Below, one piece after another: positions 17,359 through 24,669 of a DNA stretch of 24,669 bases. Source of the DNA: Elusimicrobiota bacterium (lineage in GTDB: Bacteria > Elusimicrobiota > Elusimicrobia > UBA1565); the NCBI GenBank assembly GCA_043819795.1, contig JBDREN010000004.1:1-24669 (forward strand), in the 5' to 3' direction. Numbering within the stretch: the stretch's first letter is position 1; each line of letters opens with the position of its first letter. A model generated the notes under the pieces. That model was not told the DNA's origin and searched no databases. It saw only the letters and a list, made by a program, of their open reading frames with translations. Both the position numbers and the translations under genes were made by a program.

Positions 17359-18081
17359 ATGCTGAATCGAAATGGACGGATCCGCATGCTGCTGCTGGCG
17401 TGCGTCCTGGCGTGCCCGGCGGCCCAGGCCGGCGGGAAGAAGAATGACCGGCCGGACCCGCCCGACCGGCCCCCGCAGTCCGAGGAAGAGAAGCGGCAGG
17501 GGATCCCGCCCGAGTGGCGCAAGCCGCCGAATGCGAAGGGGGGCTGGAAATCCCCGCCCGAGCAGCGCAAGCCGTCTGAGACCTACATCGAGTACCTGAG
17601 GGAGGTCGAGGAGACGGGGCCCGATCCGGAGATCGAGATCCAGCACTATACGCACATGCTCGGGCTCGACGATGAGCAGCGGGGGCGGGTCTTGAAGATC
17701 CTGGAGGACAGGCGTGACGTCTATCGGAAGAGCCACTCTCTGCGCATGAAGTTCCAGGAGGAGACGCGGGAGCTCGAGCGGCGTATACACGAGCTCAGCT
17801 CGAAGTTCGAGGTCGAGAGCCGGCTCATCGACGGGCTGCAGGGCAATATGCTCAAGAAGATCCGCGCGGCCCTGACCGGGGACCAGCGGGAGATCTTCGA
17901 CTACATGCAGGAGCAGCGCCGGATCGAGGAGGCCGAGTGGCGCAAGGCGCAGGAGGAGGAGTTCCGCAAGGGGCGCACGAAGCCGGACGACGGGCAGGGG
18001 CGATGGGGCGGAGGCCCGCTCGAGCCGAAGGGCCCCGGGGGGCCCCCAGGGGGGGGCGCAGGACCTAAGCCGGCTCCTTGA
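17359..18081 (+). CDS. Secreted Spy/CpxP-like (LTxxQ-type) helical protein with Pro/Gly-rich arms (240 aa)
   Basis: GAGGAGG 8 nt before ATG 17359 (alternative ATG 17308 overlaps the upstream stop). Signal peptide ...LLLACVLACPAAQA. LGLDDEQ and ALTGDQ motifs flank a charged coiled coil. Confidence 0.65.
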   Translation: MLNRNGRIRMLLLACVLACPAAQAGGKKNDRPDPPDRPPQSEEEKRQGIPPEWRKPPNAKGGWKSPPEQRKPSETYIEYLREVEETGPDPEIEIQHYTHMLGLDDEQRGRVLKILEDRRDVYRKSHSLRMKFQEETRELERRIHELSSKFEVESRLIDGLQGNMLKKIRAALTGDQREIFDYMQEQRRIEEAEWRKAQEEEFRKGRTKPDDGQGRWGGGPLEPKGPGGPPGGGAGPKPAP

Positions 18082-19903
18082 TGGTGTGGTAGCGGTCCAG
18101 GGTGGGCTTCTTCAGGACTTGGACCGCCCCGCCGGGCCAGCGGATCTCCACTTTCCGGATCTTCGGCTTGGGGCCGAGGCCGAAATGCATCCGGTCGTCG
18201 GACTGGCTGACGAAGGCGTTGGCCGGCTGGTTCTGGCTCGTGAGCGTCCGGTCCGAGAGCTTGACCGTGACCTGAGCGCCCCAAGCGTCGCGGTTGCCCT
18301 TGGTGCCGATGAGCTTGAATCCGATCCAGCGGTTCCGGTTCTTCTGCAGGGTGCGGTAGAAGCGCAAGGGCTGGCCCTGGTTGCCCTCGACGAAGCTGAG
18401 GCTGCCGTCGTTGAGGTAGTCTATCGCGGCGATCGCCCGCCCGTCGCTCACGTCGTCCTTCATGGCGGTGCGGTGGGTCACCAGCTTGAAGACTCCGCCC
18501 TGGTTGTGGTAGAGGCATTTTCTCTGGTAGCCCGCCATCGTGGCGTCCTCCATGGGCGGCCAGTTGCGCGCGTCCTCGAGGACGTCTCGCGCCGCGCCCG
18601 CCAGCACGCCCATGCGGTACCAGTAGTTCTTCTTCGGGTCGGCCGAGATGTAGCCGTTGGTGACGACCAGGTCCAGCAGGCTGTCGTTGTCGAGGTCCAG
18701 GAACTTGCCCCCCCAGGCCCAACCGCAGGTCGTGATCTGGTGCTCCCGCGCGCGGTTCCTGAAATACGTTTTGCCGCCCACCCATTTCCAGAGGGTGTTC
18801 CTGCCGAACATGTAGGGGGGGTGGTACATGGTGGTCACGAAGACGGACGGCTGCCCGTCGTTGTCGATATCGGCGACATCGGCGTTCATGCCGTTTAGGC
18901 TGTATTGGTGCTTGACCGTGTCCGAGATGTCGAGAAACCGGTCGTCGCCCTCGTTCAAGTAGACCCTGTCCCCGGCGTAATCGGTCGCGAAGTAGACGTC
19001 GGGGCGTCCGTCGCCGTTGAAGTCGTAGACGCCGACGGCCTGGGTCCAGGCCTGCTCGGCGAAGCCCAGGTCGCCGGAGACCCGCGAGAAGCGCCCCTTC
19101 CCGTCGTTGCGGTAGACGGAGATCTCCCCGCCGTTGTCGGCCGAGACGATGCTGTTCATCATGAACTTGGTCGTGTGGGGGTCCATGAAGTTGATCTTCG
19201 GGAAGTAGTCGCCGATGACGACGTCGAGGTCCCCGTCGCCGTCGAAGTCGATCGCGTTCGAGGAGTAGGAGGGGCCGCTGTGGTCGATGCCGGCGTCCTC
19301 GGTGACGTCGCTGAACGTCCCGTCGCCGTTGTTGCGGTAGACCGCCGTGTGCGGGTGCTGGAGGAGCAGGAGGTCCTTGAACCCGTCGTTGTCCATATCG
19401 AAGAAGAGTGGGCGCATGGAAAAGCGGTCCTGGTTGACGCGGGCGAGACCGGCCTTCTCGGCGACGTCGGTGAAGGTGCCGTCGCCGTTGTTGCGGAAGA
19501 GGACGTTGCGCGAGCCCACGGCCATGTTCGTGACGTAGACGTCGTACCAGCCGTCCATGTCGAAATCGACGACCGAGACGCCTATCCCCACCGATGCGAG
19601 CCAGGGATTGATGTGCCTGATCGAGGGATGGAGGGTGGCCTTTTGGTGGTGGAACGTGAGACCCGTCTCGGCGGTGGCGTCCACCAGCTCGAATGGCAGC
19701 GGCGTCGGGGGCTCGGCGGCGGGCGCCTCGGGCGGCGGGGACTCCCCGGCCGGGAAGGGCTCCTCCGCCTCCATCGGGGTCGCGGGGGACTCCGGCGGAG
19801 GCTCCGGATCGGGGTAGCGGAGCCGCTGCAAAACGATGCCCGGTCCGAGGACGGCGACGAGGACCAACGGGCCGAGATAGCGGTTGAGCTTCGGGCGCTT
19901 CAT
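18065..19903 (-). CDS. FG-GAP / ASPIC-UnbV protein, enediyne biosynthesis E4 (UnbV)-like subfamily (612 aa)
   Basis: N-terminal hydrophobic anchor, Pro/Glu linker, seven DxDxDG-type motifs and an ASPIC/UnbV C-terminus (NRDAWGAQVTV...HFGLG...IRWPGG). Segments HINPWLASVG, ADNGG, GWAWGGKF, NGYISA...YWY, DARNWPPM, GYQ recall E4-type proteins. Confidence 0.85.
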   Translation of the reverse strand: MKRPKLNRYLGPLVLVAVLGPGIVLQRLRYPDPEPPPESPATPMEAEEPFPAGESPPPEAPAAEPPTPLPFELVDATAETGLTFHHQKATLHPSIRHINPWLASVGIGVSVVDFDMDGWYDVYVTNMAVGSRNVLFRNNGDGTFTDVAEKAGLARVNQDRFSMRPLFFDMDNDGFKDLLLLQHPHTAVYRNNGDGTFSDVTEDAGIDHSGPSYSSNAIDFDGDGDLDVVIGDYFPKINFMDPHTTKFMMNSIVSADNGGEISVYRNDGKGRFSRVSGDLGFAEQAWTQAVGVYDFNGDGRPDVYFATDYAGDRVYLNEGDDRFLDISDTVKHQYSLNGMNADVADIDNDGQPSVFVTTMYHPPYMFGRNTLWKWVGGKTYFRNRAREHQITTCGWAWGGKFLDLDNDSLLDLVVTNGYISADPKKNYWYRMGVLAGAARDVLEDARNWPPMEDATMAGYQRKCLYHNQGGVFKLVTHRTAMKDDVSDGRAIAAIDYLNDGSLSFVEGNQGQPLRFYRTLQKNRNRWIGFKLIGTKGNRDAWGAQVTVKLSDRTLTSQNQPANAFVSQSDDRMHFGLGPKPKIRKVEIRWPGGAVQVLKKPTLDRYHTIKEPA

Positions 19904-19926
19904 GGCGATATGTTAGCATATGGCCG
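19904..19926. promoter_or_regulatory. Near-palindromic bidirectional extended -10 between divergent leaderless genes
   Basis: ATATGTTAGCATAT (19908-19921) is 12/14 symmetric. It gives TGCTAACAT-N6-ATG(19903) on the minus strand and TGTTAGCAT-N7-GTG(19927) on the plus strand. No room for SD sequences. Confidence 0.55.
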
Positions 19927-20772
19927 GTGAATCTTATCCCGCTGCTGTTGGCCCTGTTTTCAGCCCCCGCTTGGGGAGCCGCGGCGTCCTCTTCCCCCGT
20001 CGCGGGCTGCGTCTCGAGCCTCGATCTGGCCCTGCGCACCGGCCGGACCGACGAGCTCCGGGGGCGCCTGACGGCGGACGCCGTCTGGGAGGACAAGTGG
20101 GGAGCGCGGGGCGGGACCGGCGCGTTCGTCGCGGGCCTCCGGGCGCTGAGCCAAGCGGATCTCGAACTGCCGGAGCAGGGGCTGAGATGGATGCGGCTCT
20201 CGACCTTCACTTGGCTCGGCACGGGCGCGGCTGCGTCGCAAAAGCTTCTGGCTCCCCATCGCCATTTCGTCGTGGACCTTTCGACGAGGACAGATGAGGC
20301 GGGGAAGTGCGGGTCCGTGCGTCTATATCGCGGCGCCCGCCCCTGGCCTCCGGCGCCCTCCCACGACCTGCCCCCCTACACGCCCAAGAAGCTCGAGTTG
20401 ACGATAAGCGGGTTCAACGGACGGTTCGGAAAGGGGGACGTGGACGGATGGCTGGCCCTGTGGGAGCCCGGCGCGGAGTTCGTTTCCATGCTCGGTTCCT
20501 TTCGCGGCGGCGAGGTCCGGACCTTTTTCGAGCAACAGGCCAAGCGCTACCGGGAGCCGCGGATGGCCCCGGCACGGGACTTCACGGGGCCCGAGATCGG
20601 CGGGGCCCTCATGGAGGGAGTCCTGTCCGGGACCTGCCGGTCTAGCGGCCGTCCGTTCCGGATGCCCTACCTGATGCTCCTGCGCTACGGGAAGGAGGGG
20701 GTGCGCTACGTCTATGAGGCCTTCACCGTGGCCAACGACGGTTGCGGGCCGTTCTGGACCCATCCGCGCTAG
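19927..20772 (+). CDS. Secreted protein with two NTF2/SnoaL-like domains (281 aa)
   Basis: Signal peptide MNLIPLLLALFSAPAWG. Domain 1: GRTDELRGRLTADAVWED. Domain 2: GDVDGWLALWEPGAEF...GRPFRMPYLMLLRY...VRYVYE. Confidence 0.7.
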   Translation: MNLIPLLLALFSAPAWGAAASSSPVAGCVSSLDLALRTGRTDELRGRLTADAVWEDKWGARGGTGAFVAGLRALSQADLELPEQGLRWMRLSTFTWLGTGAAASQKLLAPHRHFVVDLSTRTDEAGKCGSVRLYRGARPWPPAPSHDLPPYTPKKLELTISGFNGRFGKGDVDGWLALWEPGAEFVSMLGSFRGGEVRTFFEQQAKRYREPRMAPARDFTGPEIGGALMEGVLSGTCRSSGRPFRMPYLMLLRYGKEGVRYVYEAFTVANDGCGPFWTHPR

Positions 20773-20784
20773 ACCACCCCAGGA

Positions 20785-21666
20785 TCACCGCGTCCGCGAA
20801 TTCTTGGAGGAGCGCCTTCGGGGACGGCCTCCGATCACCCGCGCCCGGGGCTTCCAGACACCCGCCGTCAAGGGAATCCCGTCGTCAGGCAGGAAGATCG
20901 GCATCAGGCCCGTGATGATGAAGAGGCTGTAGAAGGGGGCGTCCCGGATCTCGAAGATCCGCATCACGGTCTCCAGGACGGCGATGGCGACGCCGAACAC
21001 GATCTGGCCCCGGGTCCAGCGCGGCGAGGTGCCCGGATCGGGGATCATGACAAAGGCGAACACGTGGAAGATCGGCCCGGTCGCGGGCGCCGCGACCGTC
21101 ATGAACCGGCAGCCCTGGATGAGGCTCTGGATGAACGCCCCGGCGACGAACGCGGTGATGTAGGAGACCGGGAGCGCGATCCGACGGCAGCGGTAGCTCG
21201 TGATGAATCCCAGGGCGACGATCAGCGCCACGATAGGCCAGTGCCCGCCCCAGCGCACGTAGGTCACGCGCAGGTGGTCGCCGAAGAACAACAGCCCGAA
21301 GACGATGCCGAAGTTGATCGGGTTGAAGATATGCCGGCCGCCGGTGCGGATCAGGTGCTTGGAGAGGATCGCCGCTCCGACGACGACGGCGAAGGGCCAT
21401 AGGTCCGGCGAGTCGCAGAGGAGCGTGACGGTGCATCCGGGGAACACCGCGCTGATCGGCACCAGGAGCAGGCTCCAGTAAAAGTACTGGAACGCGAAAT
21501 CCAGGACCACGGCCGTGGCCAGGCCCGTGACGAACTGCTCGATGCTGCGGCCGAAGCCCGGGGATATGATCGCGAAGGCGACGTAGCAGCCGACGAACAG
21601 CAGGCCGGTCAGGCGCGGGTCGCTGAGCGAGGGGTAGATGATCGTCCGGGGGGCCTTCTTCGTCAT
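20785..21666 (-). CDS. RnfD/NqrB-like membrane protein, enediyne E5 (UnbU)-like (293 aa)
   Basis: DPRL, LSKHLIR..GRHIFNPINFGIV, FAFVMIPDPGTSP motifs and multiple TM helices. Confidence 0.82.
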   Translation of the reverse strand: MTKKAPRTIIYPSLSDPRLTGLLFVGCYVAFAIISPGFGRSIEQFVTGLATAVVLDFAFQYFYWSLLLVPISAVFPGCTVTLLCDSPDLWPFAVVVGAAILSKHLIRTGGRHIFNPINFGIVFGLLFFGDHLRVTYVRWGGHWPIVALIVALGFITSYRCRRIALPVSYITAFVAGAFIQSLIQGCRFMTVAAPATGPIFHVFAFVMIPDPGTSPRWTRGQIVFGVAIAVLETVMRIFEIRDAPFYSLFIITGLMPIFLPDDGIPLTAGVWKPRARVIGGRPRRRSSKNSRTR

Positions 21667-21672
21667 GTCCGG

Positions 21673-21681
21673 ATGTTAGCA
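21673..21681 (-). promoter_or_regulatory. Extended -10 for a leaderless transcript
   Basis: TGCTAACAT exactly 6 nt before ATG 21666, identical in sequence and spacing to the element before ATG 19903. Confidence 0.55.
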
Positions 21682-21704
21682 AATTCCCCCCGCGTGCGCG
21701 TGCG

Positions 21705-21735
21705 TTGACAGTATCGGTAATAAATGACTAAATAG
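21705..21735 (+). promoter_or_regulatory. Possible promoter for the peptide-radical SAM operon
   Basis: Perfect TTGACA at 21705-21710 followed by an AT-rich tract. The -10 hexamer at 17 nt (CTAAAT) is non-consensus. Confidence 0.35.
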
Positions 21736-21885
21736 CAGCCGGGCGTCCGCGCCGTCCCGGAGCGCGATATCTTGCCGTTTCGGGGTCCCCTGCCCGCGGG
21801 CGGAGCGTGCCCGGATCGTCCCTTCCATACTCAGGTATCCGCCCGGGGTCATCATGAGCGGGGAGGCGGAGGGCGGGGAGAAAGC

Positions 21886-22026
21886 ATGTCAAAGCGAAAG
21901 CTCAACGAGAAGGGCCGGGCGGTCTCGGGGACCCTCAACCCCGAGAAGCCGGACGACGGCCACGGACGCTGGGGCGCTCCCCCGCCGAAGCGGCGGGAGC
22001 CGAAGCGGACGCCGGCGGCCGGATGA
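21886..22026 (+). CDS. 46-aa peptide, candidate RiPP precursor (MSKRKLNEKGRAVSGTLNPEKPDDGHGRWGAPPPKRREPKRTPAAG)
   Basis: GGGGAG SD precedes ATG 21886. The stop overlaps the radical SAM start (ATGA 22023-22026). Shares KPDDGxGRWG with the 17359-18081 protein. Confidence 0.6.
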   Translation: MSKRKLNEKGRAVSGTLNPEKPDDGHGRWGAPPPKRREPKRTPAAG

Positions 22027-23093
22027 CGATGAGCGACGGCCCTCAGCCTCCCAAGGCGCGGATCATTCGAAGCGTGATCGCCGCTTTTATGAGCGGGGGA
22101 GCGGCGTCGGCGAAGGTCCACGGCGAGGCCGATAAGGCCCGCCCCGCTTTTATCACGCTGACGTACGGATGCCAATGCCGTTGCGAGCATTGCGGAGTCG
22201 GATCGTTCCGGAAGAAGGGCGGGAAAGAGCTGACGACGGATGAGGTCAAGAGGCTCGTGCTCGACGGGCTTGAGGAGTGCGGCCTGAACTGGGCGTATTT
22301 CTTCGGAGGCGAGCCGACGACGCATAAGGATTTCGTGGAGCTCGTCCGGTATTCGACGGAGAAAGGGCTTTTCAGTCGGGCCGACACCAACGGGATCAAG
22401 CTGGCCGACAAGGGCTTCGTGAAGGCGGCAAAAGACGCGGGCATGGGGTATTTCCTGGTCAGCTTGGATAGCGTCGATCCCAAGATCCATGACCGGTTTC
22501 GCGGGATGCGGGGGACGTGGGAAAAGGCCGTGCGTGCGATCAAGAACTGCGTCGAGATGAGGGTCCCGGTCGGGATCTCGACCGTGGTAACCAAGGAGAG
22601 CCTTCGGGGAGGGGACACCGAGAGGATCATCCGGCTGGGGAAGGAGCTGGGGGCGTTCAAGATGAGGCTTCTCACGCCCATGCTGGCCGGAAGATGGCGC
22701 GAAAGAGCGGATCTTAGGCTGTCGAAGGAGGAGAAGAGGGCGGTCTGGTCCCTCCTGGAGCCGGACCGGGTCTTTTGGGAGGATTCGTGCGACGGCACGG
22801 CGCCCCCATATTGCGAAAGCATCTCGAAAGGCGTCATCGCCGTTACCGGGTACGGGGACGTACAGCCTTGCTGGCATATGCCCATCAGGTTCGGAAACGT
22901 GAGGAAAGAACCCCTTAAAGCCATCGTGGACAGGATGTGGTCGAGCGCGTACTTCAAGCGGGAGAGATTGCTCCGTTTCGAGTGCCCGATGAACGACGCC
23001 GATTTTAGGGGCAAGATCGAGAGATTGACGGTGGGCAAGCGCGGCTATCCCGTCGACTACGATGAAAACGTCTTCGGCGCCGAACAACCGTGA
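22023..23093 (+). CDS. Radical SAM protein with C-terminal twitch/SPASM-type domain (356 aa)
   Basis: TYGCQCRCEHC, FFGGEP, DTNG, VSLDS, and C-terminal YC-x12-G-x-V-x-PC...FGNV...ECPMND. Confidence 0.9.
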   Translation: MTMSDGPQPPKARIIRSVIAAFMSGGAASAKVHGEADKARPAFITLTYGCQCRCEHCGVGSFRKKGGKELTTDEVKRLVLDGLEECGLNWAYFFGGEPTTHKDFVELVRYSTEKGLFSRADTNGIKLADKGFVKAAKDAGMGYFLVSLDSVDPKIHDRFRGMRGTWEKAVRAIKNCVEMRVPVGISTVVTKESLRGGDTERIIRLGKELGAFKMRLLTPMLAGRWRERADLRLSKEEKRAVWSLLEPDRVFWEDSCDGTAPPYCESISKGVIAVTGYGDVQPCWHMPIRFGNVRKEPLKAIVDRMWSSAYFKRERLLRFECPMNDADFRGKIERLTVGKRGYPVDYDENVFGAEQP

Positions 23094-24568
23094 AGCGGGC
23101 AAGCTCCCCGAAGAAGCCCGTCGTTTTCATCGTTCCGCCGTACTCCGAGGAGGTCTGGTCGGTCTCGGAGAAGGTCGTCTACTATAGCGTCGCCAACTTG
23201 GGCGCTCTGCTTCGGCGGCATGGCCACGATGTGCGCGTATTCGATTGCCAGGTGGACTATTTCCATCTGAGCGATCTGCTGTCCGCGGTCGAGAAGCATG
23301 CCGAAGTCGCTCCCGCCTTCTTCGGGATCCCCGTCATCTTCGGCTCCACGCGCAACGCGTATCTGATCGCAAACGGCGTCAGAAGACTTTTTGCCGATAC
23401 GCCCATCGTGATGGGAGGGCTTCCCGCCACATTCGCCTATGAGAGAATCCTTAAGGAATGCCCCGCCGTGGACGTTTGCGTCGTCGGCGAGGGAGAGGCC
23501 GTGGCGCTTGCGCTCCTCAAAGAGAGGGACTGGAGAGGGGTTCCCGGCATAGCGTATCGCGAGGGGGGGCGAATCGTGAAGAATCCTCCGAGCGCATCGG
23601 CGATTGATATCGACCGGCTGCCTCCGCCGGACTACAGCCTCTTCAACGTGCGGAATTACGCGGGGTTGCTGTCGTATGAGACTTCGCGGGGCTGTCCGTA
23701 CTCGTGCGAATTTTGCCTGCAGGGGGTGAAGGAGGGCCGGAGACTGCGGGAAAAATCGGTCGGCAAAGTGGTCGAGGAACTCAAGGCCGCCTCGAGGTTC
23801 GGCTGGGCGATCATGATCGTGGATAACGATTTCCTGACCGATCTGCCGCGCGCGAAGGAGATACTCAGGCAGATCATCAAGCATAGGCTCAATGAGTCCA
23901 TGATCTTCGGCATCGCAACGAGAGTCTCGAACTTCCTGCGCAGCACGGACGAGCTGCTGGACCTGTGCAGAAGAGCGAACGTGCTCGGCCTGTACTTCGG
24001 CATCGAGTCCCTGGCCAAGAAGAAGAGGGCGGAGATCGGCAAGATCCGGGACCTGCAAGAGCTGAAGGAGCTGTTCCGCCTTATCGAGAAAAAGGGGCTG
24101 CTTTACCTCCCCTCGTACATCATGGGCTTCCCGGACGAGGGCCGCGAAGACATAGATGAGACCCTGGAGCAGGCCATCCGCCTGAACTCGCCCATGATAA
24201 AGCTGAACATCTTCACCCCCTTCCCCGGGACCGGGAGCCATGAGGAGCTGTCGAAGCAAGGCTTGATCGACCATGCCGTGCCGCTCAACTCCTACGACAA
24301 CGTCCACCAGGTATTCCGTCATCCGCTGGACCTCGAGGCGGTCTATCGGGATTTCATCAAGAGGTATTACGTCAGGGACACCTACCTGAAGCGGGGCGGC
24401 GACCCGGACGCCAACTCCCGCATGATGGAGCGCAAATATCTCGAGAAGATCGAGATGGAAAAAAGAAAGAAGATGATGGGGGTGGATGACCGGGAGTTCG
24501 TCCGCGATGACGGATTGAGGACGGCGAGCGGGTTCGGCGGCTCCGGGACTCCCGCGTTATGGAGCTAG
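23090..24568 (+). CDS. Cobalamin-binding radical SAM protein (class B methyltransferase-like, 492 aa)
   Basis: B12-binding N-terminus (GHDVRVFD, IVMGGLPAT, VVGEGE), ETSRGCPYSCEFC, FGIES, IMGFPDE, TPFPGT. GTGA overlap with the upstream stop. Confidence 0.92.
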   Translation: MKRASSPKKPVVFIVPPYSEEVWSVSEKVVYYSVANLGALLRRHGHDVRVFDCQVDYFHLSDLLSAVEKHAEVAPAFFGIPVIFGSTRNAYLIANGVRRLFADTPIVMGGLPATFAYERILKECPAVDVCVVGEGEAVALALLKERDWRGVPGIAYREGGRIVKNPPSASAIDIDRLPPPDYSLFNVRNYAGLLSYETSRGCPYSCEFCLQGVKEGRRLREKSVGKVVEELKAASRFGWAIMIVDNDFLTDLPRAKEILRQIIKHRLNESMIFGIATRVSNFLRSTDELLDLCRRANVLGLYFGIESLAKKKRAEIGKIRDLQELKELFRLIEKKGLLYLPSYIMGFPDEGREDIDETLEQAIRLNSPMIKLNIFTPFPGTGSHEELSKQGLIDHAVPLNSYDNVHQVFRHPLDLEAVYRDFIKRYYVRDTYLKRGGDPDANSRMMERKYLEKIEMEKRKKMMGVDDREFVRDDGLRTASGFGGSGTPALWS

Positions 24569-24578
24569 GCCGGCGAGC

Positions 24579-24669
24579 CTAGCAGCCCGTGGCAAAAGTA
24601 TTTCGGAAGGCGAAATCGCCTGGAGCGAGCCGAGCCAAGGCGCGACGAGGGAGCATCCCTCGACGGGAT
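24579..24669. mobile_element. MITE/REP-like repeat, right copy (truncated by the window end), inverted relative to 1-164
   Basis: CTAGCAGCCCGTGGCAAAAGTATTT... equals the reverse complement of 74-164 with 3 mismatches in 91 nt. Confidence 0.75.

Noticed and set aside
17901..20222. 773-aa minus ORF and other alternate-frame ORFs over the UnbV-like gene
   Set aside because: Arg/Pro-rich off-frame readings of a well-supported CDS.
20785..21666. Respiratory rnfD/nqrB gene
   Set aside because: No other rnf/nqr subunits nearby, shorter than typical RnfD, and adjacent to an UnbV-like gene, which fits the UnbU-like group.
21736..21885. Possible cobalamin or SAM riboswitch upstream of the radical SAM operon
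   Set aside because: GC-rich, but I could not find the conserved B12-box or SAM-I core sequences; an Rfam/Infernal scan would settle it.
21854..22135. 93-aa + ORF as an alternative to the 46-aa peptide
   Set aside because: Overlaps the radical SAM gene by over 100 nt and lacks a clear SD. The 21886 frame has an SD, ATGA coupling and the shared motif.
21852..24322. Minus-strand ORFs of 416, 331 and 421 aa
   Set aside because: Antisense shadows of the two radical SAM genes.

Overview
High-GC bacterial window, possibly Elusimicrobiota (weak inference from protein style only). It is bounded at both ends by inverted copies of a short palindromic MITE-like repeat (88/91 nt identical), so it may be a whole contig broken at that repeat. 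Left part: two tandem HxsC-like radical SAM genes (-), a hybrid REC-histidine kinase plus single-domain response regulator (+), a GYF_2/zinc-ribbon protein (-), an internally deleted class I methyltransferase pseudogene (+) and a secreted M28 aminopeptidase (-). Middle: a ~10 kb tightly coupled + operon encoding a frameshifted ASPIC/UnbV protein, a putative ABBA/LynF-like prenyltransferase, two paralogous TPR proteins, an A24 prepilin-peptidase-like protein and a secreted Spy/CpxP-like protein. Right: an enediyne E4/UnbV-like and E5/UnbU-like pair flanking a secreted double-SnoaL protein, then a 46-aa ORF translationally coupled to a twitch/SPASM radical SAM and a B12-dependent radical SAM. 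The most striking signal is that this 46-aa peptide carries KPDDGHGRWG, nearly the same as KPDDGQGRWG in the tail of the Spy-like protein (a third, degenerate copy lies in that protein's N-terminal arm), with mostly synonymous DNA differences. This suggests an undescribed peptide/protein modification (RiPP-like) system. All family assignments come from motif recognition by eye; no searches were run.
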